Source: Coprobacillaceae bacterium
Lineage (GTDB): Bacteria; Bacillota_I; Bacilli_A; Erysipelotrichales; Coprobacillaceae
Length of the DNA: 32,000 nucleotides
Assembly: GCA_963675515.1 (NCBI GenBank)
Contig: OY776328.1
Span: 2,070,001 to 2,102,000, forward strand
Direction: 5' to 3'
This document shows positions 9,594 to 17,363 of the stretch, one piece after another. How positions within the stretch are numbered: position 1 is the stretch's first letter; each line of letters opens with the position of its first letter. A model generated the notes under the pieces. It had not been told where the DNA came from. It searched no databases and saw nothing but the letters and a program-made list of their open reading frames with translations. The position numbers and the translations under genes were made by a program.

Positions 9594-9910
9594 AGCTGCC
9601 TCCGTTCTCCCTATAATTTTTCCCATGATTTACTTATTACGTCATATGTCCTAATATGATTATCACATAGCCAGGCAAAATTATCAATATTACTGCAATA
9701 ATAATATTCCAAAAAAAACAGCGATATCATCAAATTAATTTACACATTAGCGAAAATATTCTCATTAGATAATAATTTTGTTTGTTTACTTGAAAATCCT
9801 TTTGCAACAGCTTCCAGTCCTACTTCATGACATGACTTCTCCTTTAGCCGTGATCCGTCTTTTTAGAATGCAGCCATTGTTGAGAGATGGTCATACTGAT
9901 TCAAGTGCAT

Positions 9911-9947
9911 AAAAAGGTTGCAACAATTTTCTTGCTGCAGCCTTTTT
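9911..9947. terminator. bidirectional-looking intrinsic terminator ending the PK-like/Mth938 transcription unit
   Basis: aaaaAGGTTGCAACAAttttcTTGCTGCAGCCTtttt. The 12-bp stem has one G-U pair and one mismatch, with an A-run on the left and a T-run on the right. Confidence 0.6.
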
Positions 9948-10034
9948 GATATTCATGTAACAGTTTATCGCTTGAACACTTTGTAGTTCACATTCTTTGT
10001 CTTCTTCGAGCAGTGGCGAAAGCAATCCGATTAC

Positions 10035-10657
10035 CTATGTCGTCAATGCGTTGTTGGAGAATGCGATCATGTGTCTCTCATCAAGATCGCATCCAATCAG
10101 GCACTTCGCGTCTTCACCTGTATGGCCGAACTTGATGAAATCGACCCGGTGTTCTAGTTTAATGGCAACAAGTTGAAGAAGCATATTGTAATAGAGATCG
10201 AATTCATCCCTTTTGGCATAATCCATGCCGCACACTGGTGGCTTTGCCGCTAACCAGATAAGGAAAGGCACTTTTAGGTTGAACACCGGAATTCCCTGAT
10301 CCATGAGCCTGGTTATTTCGTCGCACCATTTTTGCTTTTCCCGCCTGGAAAGCACGAGGTTCTCTGCACCTGGATAAGGGTTATGGAATTTAAGGAAAAG
10401 ACGATTACATTGTTTGTTCGCCGGGCAGTTTCCCCGATATTTTGGATTCGACTCTTGTTGAGCCGGTTTAATGCCATGTAGATTATGATATTCCTGTGGA
10501 TGGATGAATCGATGTTGTTCATGATTGCATCGTACGTCTTGTCCCGGATGATGTTCCTGCCCGGATTACTTCCGACTACTCCAATTATAAATGAAGTTCC
10601 AATCAAACGACACCAAGAAATCGGATGGATTTCAACCAGATTATGACAACTGGATAT
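10035..10657 (-). pseudogene. frame-disrupted ORF of unknown function (two overlapping reading frames, no credible start)
   Basis: Track ORFs 10313-10606 and 10035-10355 overlap in different frames. The first has only a TTG start with no SD. The frame of the second is open back to about 10564 but has no start codon before GTG 10355. A T4 run near 10405-10415 is a plausible indel site. The joined product would be about 190 aa. It lies between the Mth938 gene and the terminator at 9911-9947. Confidence 0.3.
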
Positions 10658-10693
10658 TCACAAATGGATAATGTTGCGATAACCGACAACCAA

Positions 10694-11086
10694 TCAACAT
10701 GTGCCATGAGCGAAAAGGGCGACCTTCTTGCCATCATGAAACAGTCCATTGTATATTTTGCATGCTTCAGGCGTTTTTTCAACGATAACCTCTTTGATCC
10801 CGTTTTCAAGGAGATAAGATACTACATCTTCAGGCACAATCAAGGCACCATCTGCGCCGTTGCCGATCACCACAATATCAATATCCTTGTCAATGGCCTT
10901 TTCCACCATTGATTGGTTTAACATATGTCCTTTTCTATCTTTCCACCGTTTGACTTCTTCCCCTACCAGTCTTATATCCTTGCCTTTCCCTTTTCTCACA
11001 TCACCTTCTAGCGAGTGCTCCTCGCCCCTTATTATGAACTTGCCCCATGAATAATGCTCGACAGGACCCTTGGGATCATTAAACAT
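10694..11086 (-). CDS. Mth938-like domain protein (DUF498 / NDUFAF3-AAMDC fold)
   Basis: 130 aa from ATG 11086 (AGAGGAGtggtaaggATG). The pattern 'YSWGKF...G...H.L...IDIVVIGNGADGAL.V.......L...GI.V.V..T.EAC..YN......KKVALFAHGTC' ends in the family-typical H-x-TC. Confidence 0.8.
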   Translation of the reverse strand: MFNDPKGPVEHYSWGKFIIRGEEHSLEGDVRKGKGKDIRLVGEEVKRWKDRKGHMLNQSMVEKAIDKDIDIVVIGNGADGALIVPEDVVSYLLENGIKEVIVEKTPEACKIYNGLFHDGKKVALFAHGTC

Positions 11087-11182
11087 CCTTACCACTCCTC
11101 TTGTGAACCTCTACTGAGCAGGAATCTTAAACCCTTTTCGTTTGCGCCTAGTTTCAATGGAAACGCACCGAAGCTACTAATC

Positions 11183-12685
11183 CTAATGAGGTTGATCCAG
11201 TGCACTAAGTATCGGCGTTTTTTTGTGGAGATGGACCTGCATTCTTTTAAGAATATCATCCAGGGCGCTCACTCCTTCAAGAAGGAAATCGCCTTTGTTC
11301 ACCATGACGCATTCAGCCCGGCCTCCCATGAAGGCATCCGTGATTTCCGCCCGGGTCGGGATTCCTGTGGCTATCATGCTTCCCAGCACCTGGGTCGCCC
11401 AAACCACCGGGACATGCGCCGCCTCGCATATCCAAAGTATCTCTTCCTGGAGTTCGGCCAGACTCAGATATCCCGCTTCGACAGCCAGGTCGCCCCGCGC
11501 TATCATCACACAAAACGGGTTTTTCCCGGCCCCGGCCACGATTATTTCCGGCAGGTTCTCAAACCCTTTCACCGTCTCGATCTTTGCCATGATTATAACG
11601 TTGCTCGATCTTTGATCGCCAACCCTTTTGGAAATCTCATCCTGCAGGATCCTTATATCGGCGCCATCCCTTACAAAAGAGAGTCCGATTATATCGGCGT
11701 TTTCACAGATGAAATCCAGATCTATCTTGTCCTTTTTAGTGAGGATATCGAGATCCAGTTGAGATTTGGGGAAATTCAGTCCCTTCTCCACTCTGAGCCT
11801 GACTCCATTTGGGTTGAGCAGTTTGGTGACTCTTACGAGAACTCCGGACTTGTTTGCCGATTCGATGACACCTTCGACCATGCCATCATCTACCAGAACC
11901 GATTCACCCACCTTCAGGCAGGGGATGATTTCAGGCAGGCTGCAGCCACACACGATGCTGGCATCATAGTCATCACTGAAATTGATATTGTCTGTTATGA
12001 TGAACGTATCGCCAATTTTGACTTTGGCATTTTTAACTGTGGTCATCAGGCGGTCTATTCTTGCTTTCGGTCCGGCGATATCCATGGATATTTTGCAGAT
12101 AGTGTTCAGTTCCTTTTCAGCTTTCCTGACATTTTTTATCATTTTTGCCCAAACTTCTCCACTGTCATGGGCGCAGTTGATCCGGGCGATATTCATGCCC
12201 CGCGATACCAGTCCGTAAACCAGCTTATAGTCACTGCTTGCTTCGGTTGGAAGGGTCACCATTATCCTTGTCGACCTGCCAGCTGGAACTTCACCTAAGA
12301 TCTGCCTGGTGTTCCTTTTTAACAGCCATTCGCCCATCCTGTGTAAATCATATCTATCCAGTTCAACGCCGACACTTTCACTCCTATCACAGATATGGCT
12401 AAGGCTTGAAATCACCGCATCGATATTATAGATTGTCCTTGATTCCAGTCTTCCCAGCGAAGAGAGGCCAAGAGGTGCCAGAGATGCCTGGATTTCGCTT
12501 ATGTCTCTTTGCCTGAGCGCCAGGTAGAAAGCCAGATTTGCGGCACTTGGGATAAACAGCGGCCTTGTGATCGATGGTCTCCACTGCTTCAAGGTTTCCA
12601 TTCCTTCAAGAAGTATTTCCTTTCTTAAAGAGATTATCTTATCAAGAAGTATATTGCACTTGTTTTGCATTTGACGGTTGTTCAT
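11183..12685 (-). CDS. pyruvate kinase-family protein, atypical (about 150-aa N-terminal extension, no C-terminal regulatory domain)
   Basis: PK barrel motifs: 'RSTRIMVTLP', 'GMNIARINCAHDS', 'IMAKIETVKGFENL', 'VMIARGDLAVEAG', 'WATQVLGSMIATGIPTRAEITD'. The start is ATG 12685 with GAGGTG 6 nt upstream; the track's GTG 12694 lies inside that SD. Confidence 0.85.
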   Translation of the reverse strand: MNNRQMQNKCNILLDKIISLRKEILLEGMETLKQWRPSITRPLFIPSAANLAFYLALRQRDISEIQASLAPLGLSSLGRLESRTIYNIDAVISSLSHICDRSESVGVELDRYDLHRMGEWLLKRNTRQILGEVPAGRSTRIMVTLPTEASSDYKLVYGLVSRGMNIARINCAHDSGEVWAKMIKNVRKAEKELNTICKISMDIAGPKARIDRLMTTVKNAKVKIGDTFIITDNINFSDDYDASIVCGCSLPEIIPCLKVGESVLVDDGMVEGVIESANKSGVLVRVTKLLNPNGVRLRVEKGLNFPKSQLDLDILTKKDKIDLDFICENADIIGLSFVRDGADIRILQDEISKRVGDQRSSNVIIMAKIETVKGFENLPEIIVAGAGKNPFCVMIARGDLAVEAGYLSLAELQEEILWICEAAHVPVVWATQVLGSMIATGIPTRAEITDAFMGGRAECVMVNKGDFLLEGVSALDDILKRMQVHLHKKTPILSALDQPH

Positions 12686-12746
12686 GACTCTCACCTCGGA
12701 TTAGAATTGTCAAATTACGCAAAAATTAACTGTATCACTTTGTTTC

Positions 12747-12755
12747 ATTATACCA
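12747..12755 (-). promoter_or_regulatory. candidate extended -10 promoter (TGGTATAAT) for the PK-like operon
   Basis: The minus strand reads aatgTGGTATAATgaaac about 60 nt upstream of ATG 12685. The -35 box is weak. Confidence 0.45.
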
Positions 12756-12892
12756 CATTATTTCTAATGTATTTATAATGATTGGAATTTTACCAAAATT
12801 AATATTGCAGCAGTACTTTCGCCAAAGCGCCAATATCACTTGGATGCATTTCCATAATGTTTCCGGCTTTCGAAATCAAATATGGCATATCT

Positions 12893-12919
12893 AAAAACGC
12901 CATATTACAACTATGGCGT
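12893..12919 (-). terminator. intrinsic terminator after the MFS/DUF1232 genes
   Basis: Minus strand: ACGCCATAgttgtaaTATGGCGT (8-bp stem) followed by TTTTT. Confidence 0.65.
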
Positions 12920-13051
12920 CAGATAAGTTTATTGAATTTTTGCACTCTGGTTAGGATGATCAACCGGCCGGAATATGACTGTCAGGACAAGTTTCCAGAC
13001 AAGACATCCCCTGTTGGACTAAAAGGCTGCGCGCCAGTAAAAATTTCAAAC

Positions 13052-13423
13052 TCAAGGAAATATTCCATGGCCAGGGGCTATTGAGCGGAGGAGTTTTCCA
13101 AAAATCCACCACAGGACCACCAGCCACACTGCTACTATGGGCAAGGCATAGTACCACTTTTCAGGTTTGCCGACGCGCCACATGTGGGCTGCTTCATCTT
13201 TGCATTCCGCCATGATTTCTGCGGGAATCAGTCTTATTGCCAAACCTGCCAATATTGGGAGAATTATCAGGTCGTCGAGATAACCCAACACCGGGATGAA
13301 GTCCGGGACCAGATCGAGCGGTGACAAGGCATAGAAAACAGTCAGACCCGCAATTATTTTGGCAATCAGGGGCGTGTCCTTTCTTTTCAATGCTAAATAA
13401 AGGGCAGGGATATATATTTTCAT
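13052..13423 (-). CDS. DUF1232 (YkvA-like) membrane protein
   Basis: 123 aa. The family signature 'LSPLDLVPDFIPVLGYLDDLIILP' is flanked by hydrophobic helices. Confidence 0.8.
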   Translation of the reverse strand: MKIYIPALYLALKRKDTPLIAKIIAGLTVFYALSPLDLVPDFIPVLGYLDDLIILPILAGLAIRLIPAEIMAECKDEAAHMWRVGKPEKWYYALPIVAVWLVVLWWIFGKLLRSIAPGHGIFP

Positions 13424-13446
13424 TACCTACGCTGTTTCTTTTAGAT

Positions 13447-14703
13447 TCATGACTGGATATCCCCTTCAATGTCTTCCATAGCTTTGACCATGTTTCTCAT
13501 AATGAAATAGAGACCAATGGCAACCAGTTCCACCATACAGGTGAATGCGATAATTATTCCGCTCATGTTCATGTCGTAAAGCAATCCCATCAATGCCGCA
13601 CCGCATAAAAGCGCCAATCCATAACTTGAGTTGAACACGCCATAGCCACTGCCTCTTTTTTGATATGGGGTTATATCACTGATTGCGGATCGCATGATTG
13701 TTTCATGGGTTCCCATGACTATCCCAAAAGCGACCATTCCCATTACAATCAATATCCCAGATTTGCTCAAAGTCAGGATCGGCAATGTCACTGTAATGAC
13801 GGGAATTGCAATCAGGATCAGTATCCCGCCCGTTCTTGAACCAGTCTTGATTTTTAGCCGGTCATAATACTTTCCAACAAGCAGGGCTGTAAAAGCATCG
13901 ACAATCATCGCTATCGAATACACCAGGGTGATAGTTCCATCCAACATCAGGTTGCTTGCCTTCAAATGATAGCCGATGGTGGCAAAATTGACAAAGCCCA
14001 ACGTGCAGAAGAATGTGAAGGCCGTATAGATCCAGAAGAGCGGTTTATGGTTCTCATGATGATATTCACTTCTCACAGCTGTGCTTATCAGATTGTCGTG
14101 CTTGACTTTTCTATAGACGTAGATCAGGAATATCATCAAAATCGCAAAGGGAACCACCAGTGATTTGTATCCCAGTTGGTACTCAACCACACCGTTCCTG
14201 CCAGTCAGGTAAAAAACAAGAGTGAAAATAAGAGGCCCGGCAAATGCCCCGATCTGGTCGAGGGCTTCCTGGATTCCAAATGCAAAGCCGATACCCACCG
14301 TCTGATTTTCGGCCACTCCCGACAGGATCGTATCTTTGGCCGGACTGCGCAGGGCTTTTCCGATCCGTTCCATCAGGATCAACACGATAAGCAGGTTCCA
14401 GTTCATCGTCAATCCCATAACCGGAACGACCAGAAGCATGCCATAGCCCAAAAATATGAAGGTCCAGTGCCGTCCCCTTCGATCAGATATCAATCCTGCC
14501 ACAAGGCGGAGCACATATCCGATAAACTCGCCAATGCCAAACACTATCCCCACCTGGGTGGCGCTTATATCCAGCAGACTTAGATATTGGCCGTTTGCGC
14601 TTCTTGCCGTTTCATAGACAATATCGCCCAGCATGCTTATGACACCGAATATCAATATCACTTTTACTGCCGGTGAAAGTCTATTTTTCGGTATTCCAAA
14701 CAT
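13447..14703 (-). CDS. MFS transporter (substrate unknown)
   Basis: About 12 hydrophobic segments. MFS loop motif 'GLISDRRGRH'. I prefer ATG 14703 (GAAGGTGtgaaaatattATG, 'MFGIPKNRLS...') over the track's ATG 14736. Confidence 0.85.
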   Translation of the reverse strand: MFGIPKNRLSPAVKVILIFGVISMLGDIVYETARSANGQYLSLLDISATQVGIVFGIGEFIGYVLRLVAGLISDRRGRHWTFIFLGYGMLLVVPVMGLTMNWNLLIVLILMERIGKALRSPAKDTILSGVAENQTVGIGFAFGIQEALDQIGAFAGPLIFTLVFYLTGRNGVVEYQLGYKSLVVPFAILMIFLIYVYRKVKHDNLISTAVRSEYHHENHKPLFWIYTAFTFFCTLGFVNFATIGYHLKASNLMLDGTITLVYSIAMIVDAFTALLVGKYYDRLKIKTGSRTGGILILIAIPVITVTLPILTLSKSGILIVMGMVAFGIVMGTHETIMRSAISDITPYQKRGSGYGVFNSSYGLALLCGAALMGLLYDMNMSGIIIAFTCMVELVAIGLYFIMRNMVKAMEDIEGDIQS

Positions 14704-14956
14704 AATATTTTCACACCTTCGTCCCTTTTCTATCATTTTTATTATTGGTCCAACCTAAACGAATGGGCCAATCCGGTTTCGTTTTTAATACTATCCGAGA
14801 ATAACAGTAGTAACAATTTTATCTGATTTCTATGCCAAGTAAATTTTTTTCTCAATTAACCATCAAATACATGCGATTTCGATATTCGATAATCGTCACT
14901 TCTGAAAAACTACCAAACATCGGCTTTTTGAATGTAAGTAATATTTCTTCGGTACC

Positions 14957-14984
14957 AACAATAAACACCAAGATGTATCTGGTG
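14957..14984 (-). terminator. candidate terminator/attenuator hairpin between the micro-ORF and the MFS gene
   Basis: Minus strand: CACCAGAtacaTCTTGGTG (about 7 bp with one bulge) followed by TTTATTGTT. The stem is modest. Confidence 0.35.
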
Positions 14985-15024
14985 GCTAATTAAGATTTTT
15001 TTCAAATGTCGCAATAACTTAGTT

Positions 15025-15087
15025 TTTATTAACTGGTCGAGAACACTCGTGACTTTAGTCATAGAGATGAATCGACCAGTTAATAAA
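15025..15087. repeat. perfect 16-bp inverted repeat with a 31-nt spacer that itself folds (long rod-like hairpin)
   Basis: tttattaactggtcga (15025-15040) is the exact reverse complement of tcgaccagttaataaa (15072-15087). The spacer contains a nested helix, ctc..tgac/gtca.gag. Confidence 0.85.
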
Positions 15088-15130
15088 CTTTCTGTTGCAA
15101 TTCTGATATTGTTTTATCTTTGTCATCCAT
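15080..15130 (-). CDS. candidate 16-codon micro-ORF / leader peptide (MDDKDKTISELQQKVY)
   Basis: Strong SD AAGGAGGG (15145-15138), a 7-nt spacer, then ATG at 15130. The TAA stop (15082-15080) and the last two sense codons lie inside the 5' arm of the 16-bp inverted repeat. Too short for the ORF track, and I have no homology evidence. Confidence 0.3.
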   Translation of the reverse strand: MDDKDKTISELQQKVY

Positions 15131-15157
15131 GGTTTTACCCTCCTTCTTTACAATTTA

Positions 15158-15186
15158 ACAATACGACATGAACAAAAGCATGTCCA
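15158..15186 (-). promoter_or_regulatory. candidate sigma-A promoter for the micro-ORF transcript
   Basis: Minus strand: TGGACA (15186-15181), 17-nt spacer, TATTGT (15163-15158), just upstream of the SD. Confidence 0.3.
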
Positions 15187-15322
15187 CGATTTCTTTTCTT
15201 GGTTCGGATAATAAAAATTTATTATTTTGTTATTATTATTTTGCATATTAGTCATGATACTGGGTTGTGGATACGCTAATTCGTAATATAAAAAGTAATT
15301 TTATTCCAAATCACCCCGATTA

Positions 15323-15350
15323 TTGAATAATTTTCCATAATGCGTATAAT
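15323..15350 (+). promoter_or_regulatory. candidate sigma-A promoter for the ferredoxin gene
   Basis: TTGAAT (15323-15328), 16-nt spacer, TATAAT (15345-15350), 27 nt upstream of ATG 15378. Confidence 0.5.
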
Positions 15351-15377
15351 TAACTCATAAATGAGAGGAGAAAATTT

Positions 15378-15554
15378 ATGCATAAAATTGATTCTGAAGC
15401 TTGTGAATACTGTGGTGCTTGCAAAAGCGCATGTCCTGTTGAAGCAATTTACAGTCCTGAAGGGGCAAACTACTATGTCATTGACCCAGAAAAATGCGTT
15501 GATTGTGGAGCATGTGAATCGGAATGTGGGTTTGGCGCTATCCTTAACGACTAG
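15378..15554 (+). CDS. 2x[4Fe-4S] clostridial-type ferredoxin (58 aa; absent from the ORF track)
   Basis: My translation is MHKIDSEACEYCGACKSACPVEAIYSPEGANYYVIDPEKCVDCGACESECGFGAILND. It has two CxxCxxCxxxC(P) cluster motifs. SD GAGAGGAG lies 7 nt upstream, and the stop is TAG 15552-15554. Confidence 0.85.
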   Translation: MHKIDSEACEYCGACKSACPVEAIYSPEGANYYVIDPEKCVDCGACESECGFGAILND

Positions 15555-15580
15555 CATAAGCTTCTGACTTGAAAAATCCA

Positions 15581-15620
15581 AAAAGAGAGGACGGATATAA
15601 GCAAATTATATCCGTCCTCT
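15581..15620. terminator. strong hairpin terminator shared by the convergent ferredoxin gene and the 15917-16288 gene
   Basis: Perfect 15-bp stem agaggacggatataa (15586-15600) / ttatatccgtcctct (15606-15620) with a 5-nt loop. The A-run on the left gives cTTTTtggaTTTTT on the minus strand. Confidence 0.75.
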
Positions 15621-15916
15621 TGCACATATGATTTATTGTGCTTGAAATCAAGCTGTTTGAATTAAAATATCGTTTGATGATACCGGGGGTAGTTAAACAC
15701 TAGCCCTATTGTTCTGTCCAAAATTGCATATTAAAGTGAAATCATGACTTTAGCGATGCAAAAGGTTTTTTTACATCCTACCGCTCGGCAAAACCGAAAC
15801 TAGAACAAAATTCAAATTCATCCAATCAACAGCAATAATTGCAAAAAACACATTTCAATTTCTAAACCAATCATTATTAATTTTGAAAATTGTCTGTTTG
15901 ATGCAATATTCCCGAC

Positions 15917-16288
15917 TCAATTAACTTTGTTCATTTCTGGTGTTCTGTTCAACTTTCGTTGATTAGCATATCCTACAAAACCCAAAATGATCAATGGCGC
16001 TGAGAACATGGCATAAAAGATAAAAATCAGCGCTCCCACACAGTATAAAATAGCTCCTACCAAAGCGCCCCAAACCTGCCGAGTTCCAAAACCAACCCAC
16101 GAAAAGATCGCCCCAAGACCAGTAACAAGCATATGAGGTGTAACCAATGCAGTAGCAAGTGCCCCACCTACTGCCTCAGCACTATCAGAACTGTTCATCG
16201 AATTACCGAAATATACCATCAGGTAAACAGTATACAATGTTGCGAGCAGTGCCCCCACGAATAAAACCTTACTTCTTTGTTTGAACAT
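15917..16288 (-). CDS. small integral membrane protein (about 4 TM), unknown function
   Basis: 123 aa from ATG 16288 (GAGGGGGActtatttATG); the track's earlier ATG 16315 has no SD. The protein is almost entirely hydrophobic and Gly/Ala-rich. Confidence 0.65.
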   Translation of the reverse strand: MFKQRSKVLFVGALLATLYTVYLMVYFGNSMNSSDSAEAVGGALATALVTPHMLVTGLGAIFSWVGFGTRQVWGALVGAILYCVGALIFIFYAMFSAPLIILGFVGYANQRKLNRTPEMNKVN

Positions 16289-16463
16289 AAATAAGTCCCC
16301 CTCATCAATTTTCATGCGTACAAGTACGCTACAATATGTTCGTCGCAGTTTACAAATATGACTACAAAACTTTTTTGAAGAGCTATACCAAGAATTATTC
16401 CGGTATCCTCCATCAAATTATCCGATTGATGCTGATCACATCATCATTCAAGCTCATTTAAGA

Positions 16464-17363
16464 CTACTGTGCTGAAAAACTGATGGTATCCGAATCCGCA
16501 ATTGTGGAATATGTATTGGCATCATAAATATGGAACGTCAATTCAACATCTTCAATAGTGTCGATCCCATTTTCTTCAAGGTCACTTGAAAATATCGTAA
16601 TATCATCTATTGCCATCTTACCATCATAAACAGAAGTAGAGAATAACGCGCTAATCATGTATCCATTGATAGACATGTTTTCCACACTTATCCCGATATC
16701 TCGTCCTGAATTATTCTCAATATAAAGAAGAATGGCAGCTCCCCAGAAACTATTTTCATCCACTGTCTTGCCGACAATTCTTATTCCACCTGAATTATAT
16801 AACTCAGTTCCAATGTCATTAGGAGTCGTGTCCATGTCGTCATATGCAGATGTCTTTATTGTCACAACACCCGTATCAAAAATTTCATCCCATGTATCTG
16901 ATTCGTACACATGGAAATAGATTTCAAGTTGACCGACCGTATCAATGCCCGCGGCTTCAAGTTCCGAACTTGACAAATATATTGTACTATTCGCTTTTTT
17001 TCCTGCAGCGACATCTTCAGAAAAAAGGTCGGAAATCATATAATTGTTAACAATCATTGCTGTACATCCTATCGTTACATTTTGATCCGAGTTATTCTCT
17101 ATCAAGATAGAAACCCCATCCCCCCAAAAGCTGTCCGTCACATATTCCTGGGCGGTAATTACAATACCATTCTGGTCAACAAGAACCTGCTGGTCAATTG
17201 TTACAGCTTTTGATGAACTGCTGTCCGTGTCAGAAGATTCGTCTCCCGACACAATGTCTTTATCATCTCCTGAATCACTAGTTCCACTACCTAGCGACAT
17301 GGAGGCGAAAAGACATAGACACAAAAACATTGTTGCAAATTTGAATCCCTTTCTCTTTTTCAT
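16464..17363 (-). CDS. secreted or lipid-anchored protein with a D/S-rich linker and two tandem homologous domains of about 110 aa
   Basis: N-terminal signal 'MKKRKGFKFATMFLCLCLFASMSLGSG'. The internal repeat shares SFWG / IENNS / YMIS.LFS / SS.LE..GIDT / FH.Y. SD GAGAGGAAG. The ATGA overlap with the upstream gene suggests translational coupling. Confidence 0.8.
   Translation of the reverse strand: MKKRKGFKFATMFLCLCLFASMSLGSGTSDSGDDKDIVSGDESSDTDSSSSKAVTIDQQVLVDQNGIVITAQEYVTDSFWGDGVSILIENNSDQNVTIGCTAMIVNNYMISDLFSEDVAAGKKANSTIYLSSSELEAAGIDTVGQLEIYFHVYESDTWDEIFDTGVVTIKTSAYDDMDTTPNDIGTELYNSGGIRIVGKTVDENSFWGAAILLYIENNSGRDIGISVENMSINGYMISALFSTSVYDGKMAIDDITIFSSDLEENGIDTIEDVELTFHIYDANTYSTIADSDTISFSAQ

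Noticed and set aside
10603-10809. 68-aa minus-strand ORF overlapping the 3' end of the Mth938 gene
   Set aside because: It is out of frame with, and mostly inside, a well-supported CDS. It has no SD, and its hydrophobic stretch looks accidental.
11054-12298. 414-aa plus-strand ORF, the second-longest open frame in this part of the window
   Set aside because: It lies entirely antisense to the pyruvate-kinase-like gene, whose product has unmistakable family motifs. Its own translation is low-complexity (His/Arg/Phe/Ile-rich) with no motifs and no SD. It is a shadow ORF.
15025-15087. The 16-bp inverted repeat as ends of a miniature transposable element
   Set aside because: The whole unit is only 63 bp. 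I found no flanking target duplication and no second copy in this window. The interpretation stays open, and the element is reported as a structured RNA or operator candidate.
15276-15581. 101-aa minus-strand ORF and 68-aa plus-strand ORF (15361-15567) over the ferredoxin locus
   Set aside because: Both overlap the third-frame ferredoxin CDS, which has SD, promoter, terminator and perfect Fe-S motifs. Neither alternative has any of these.
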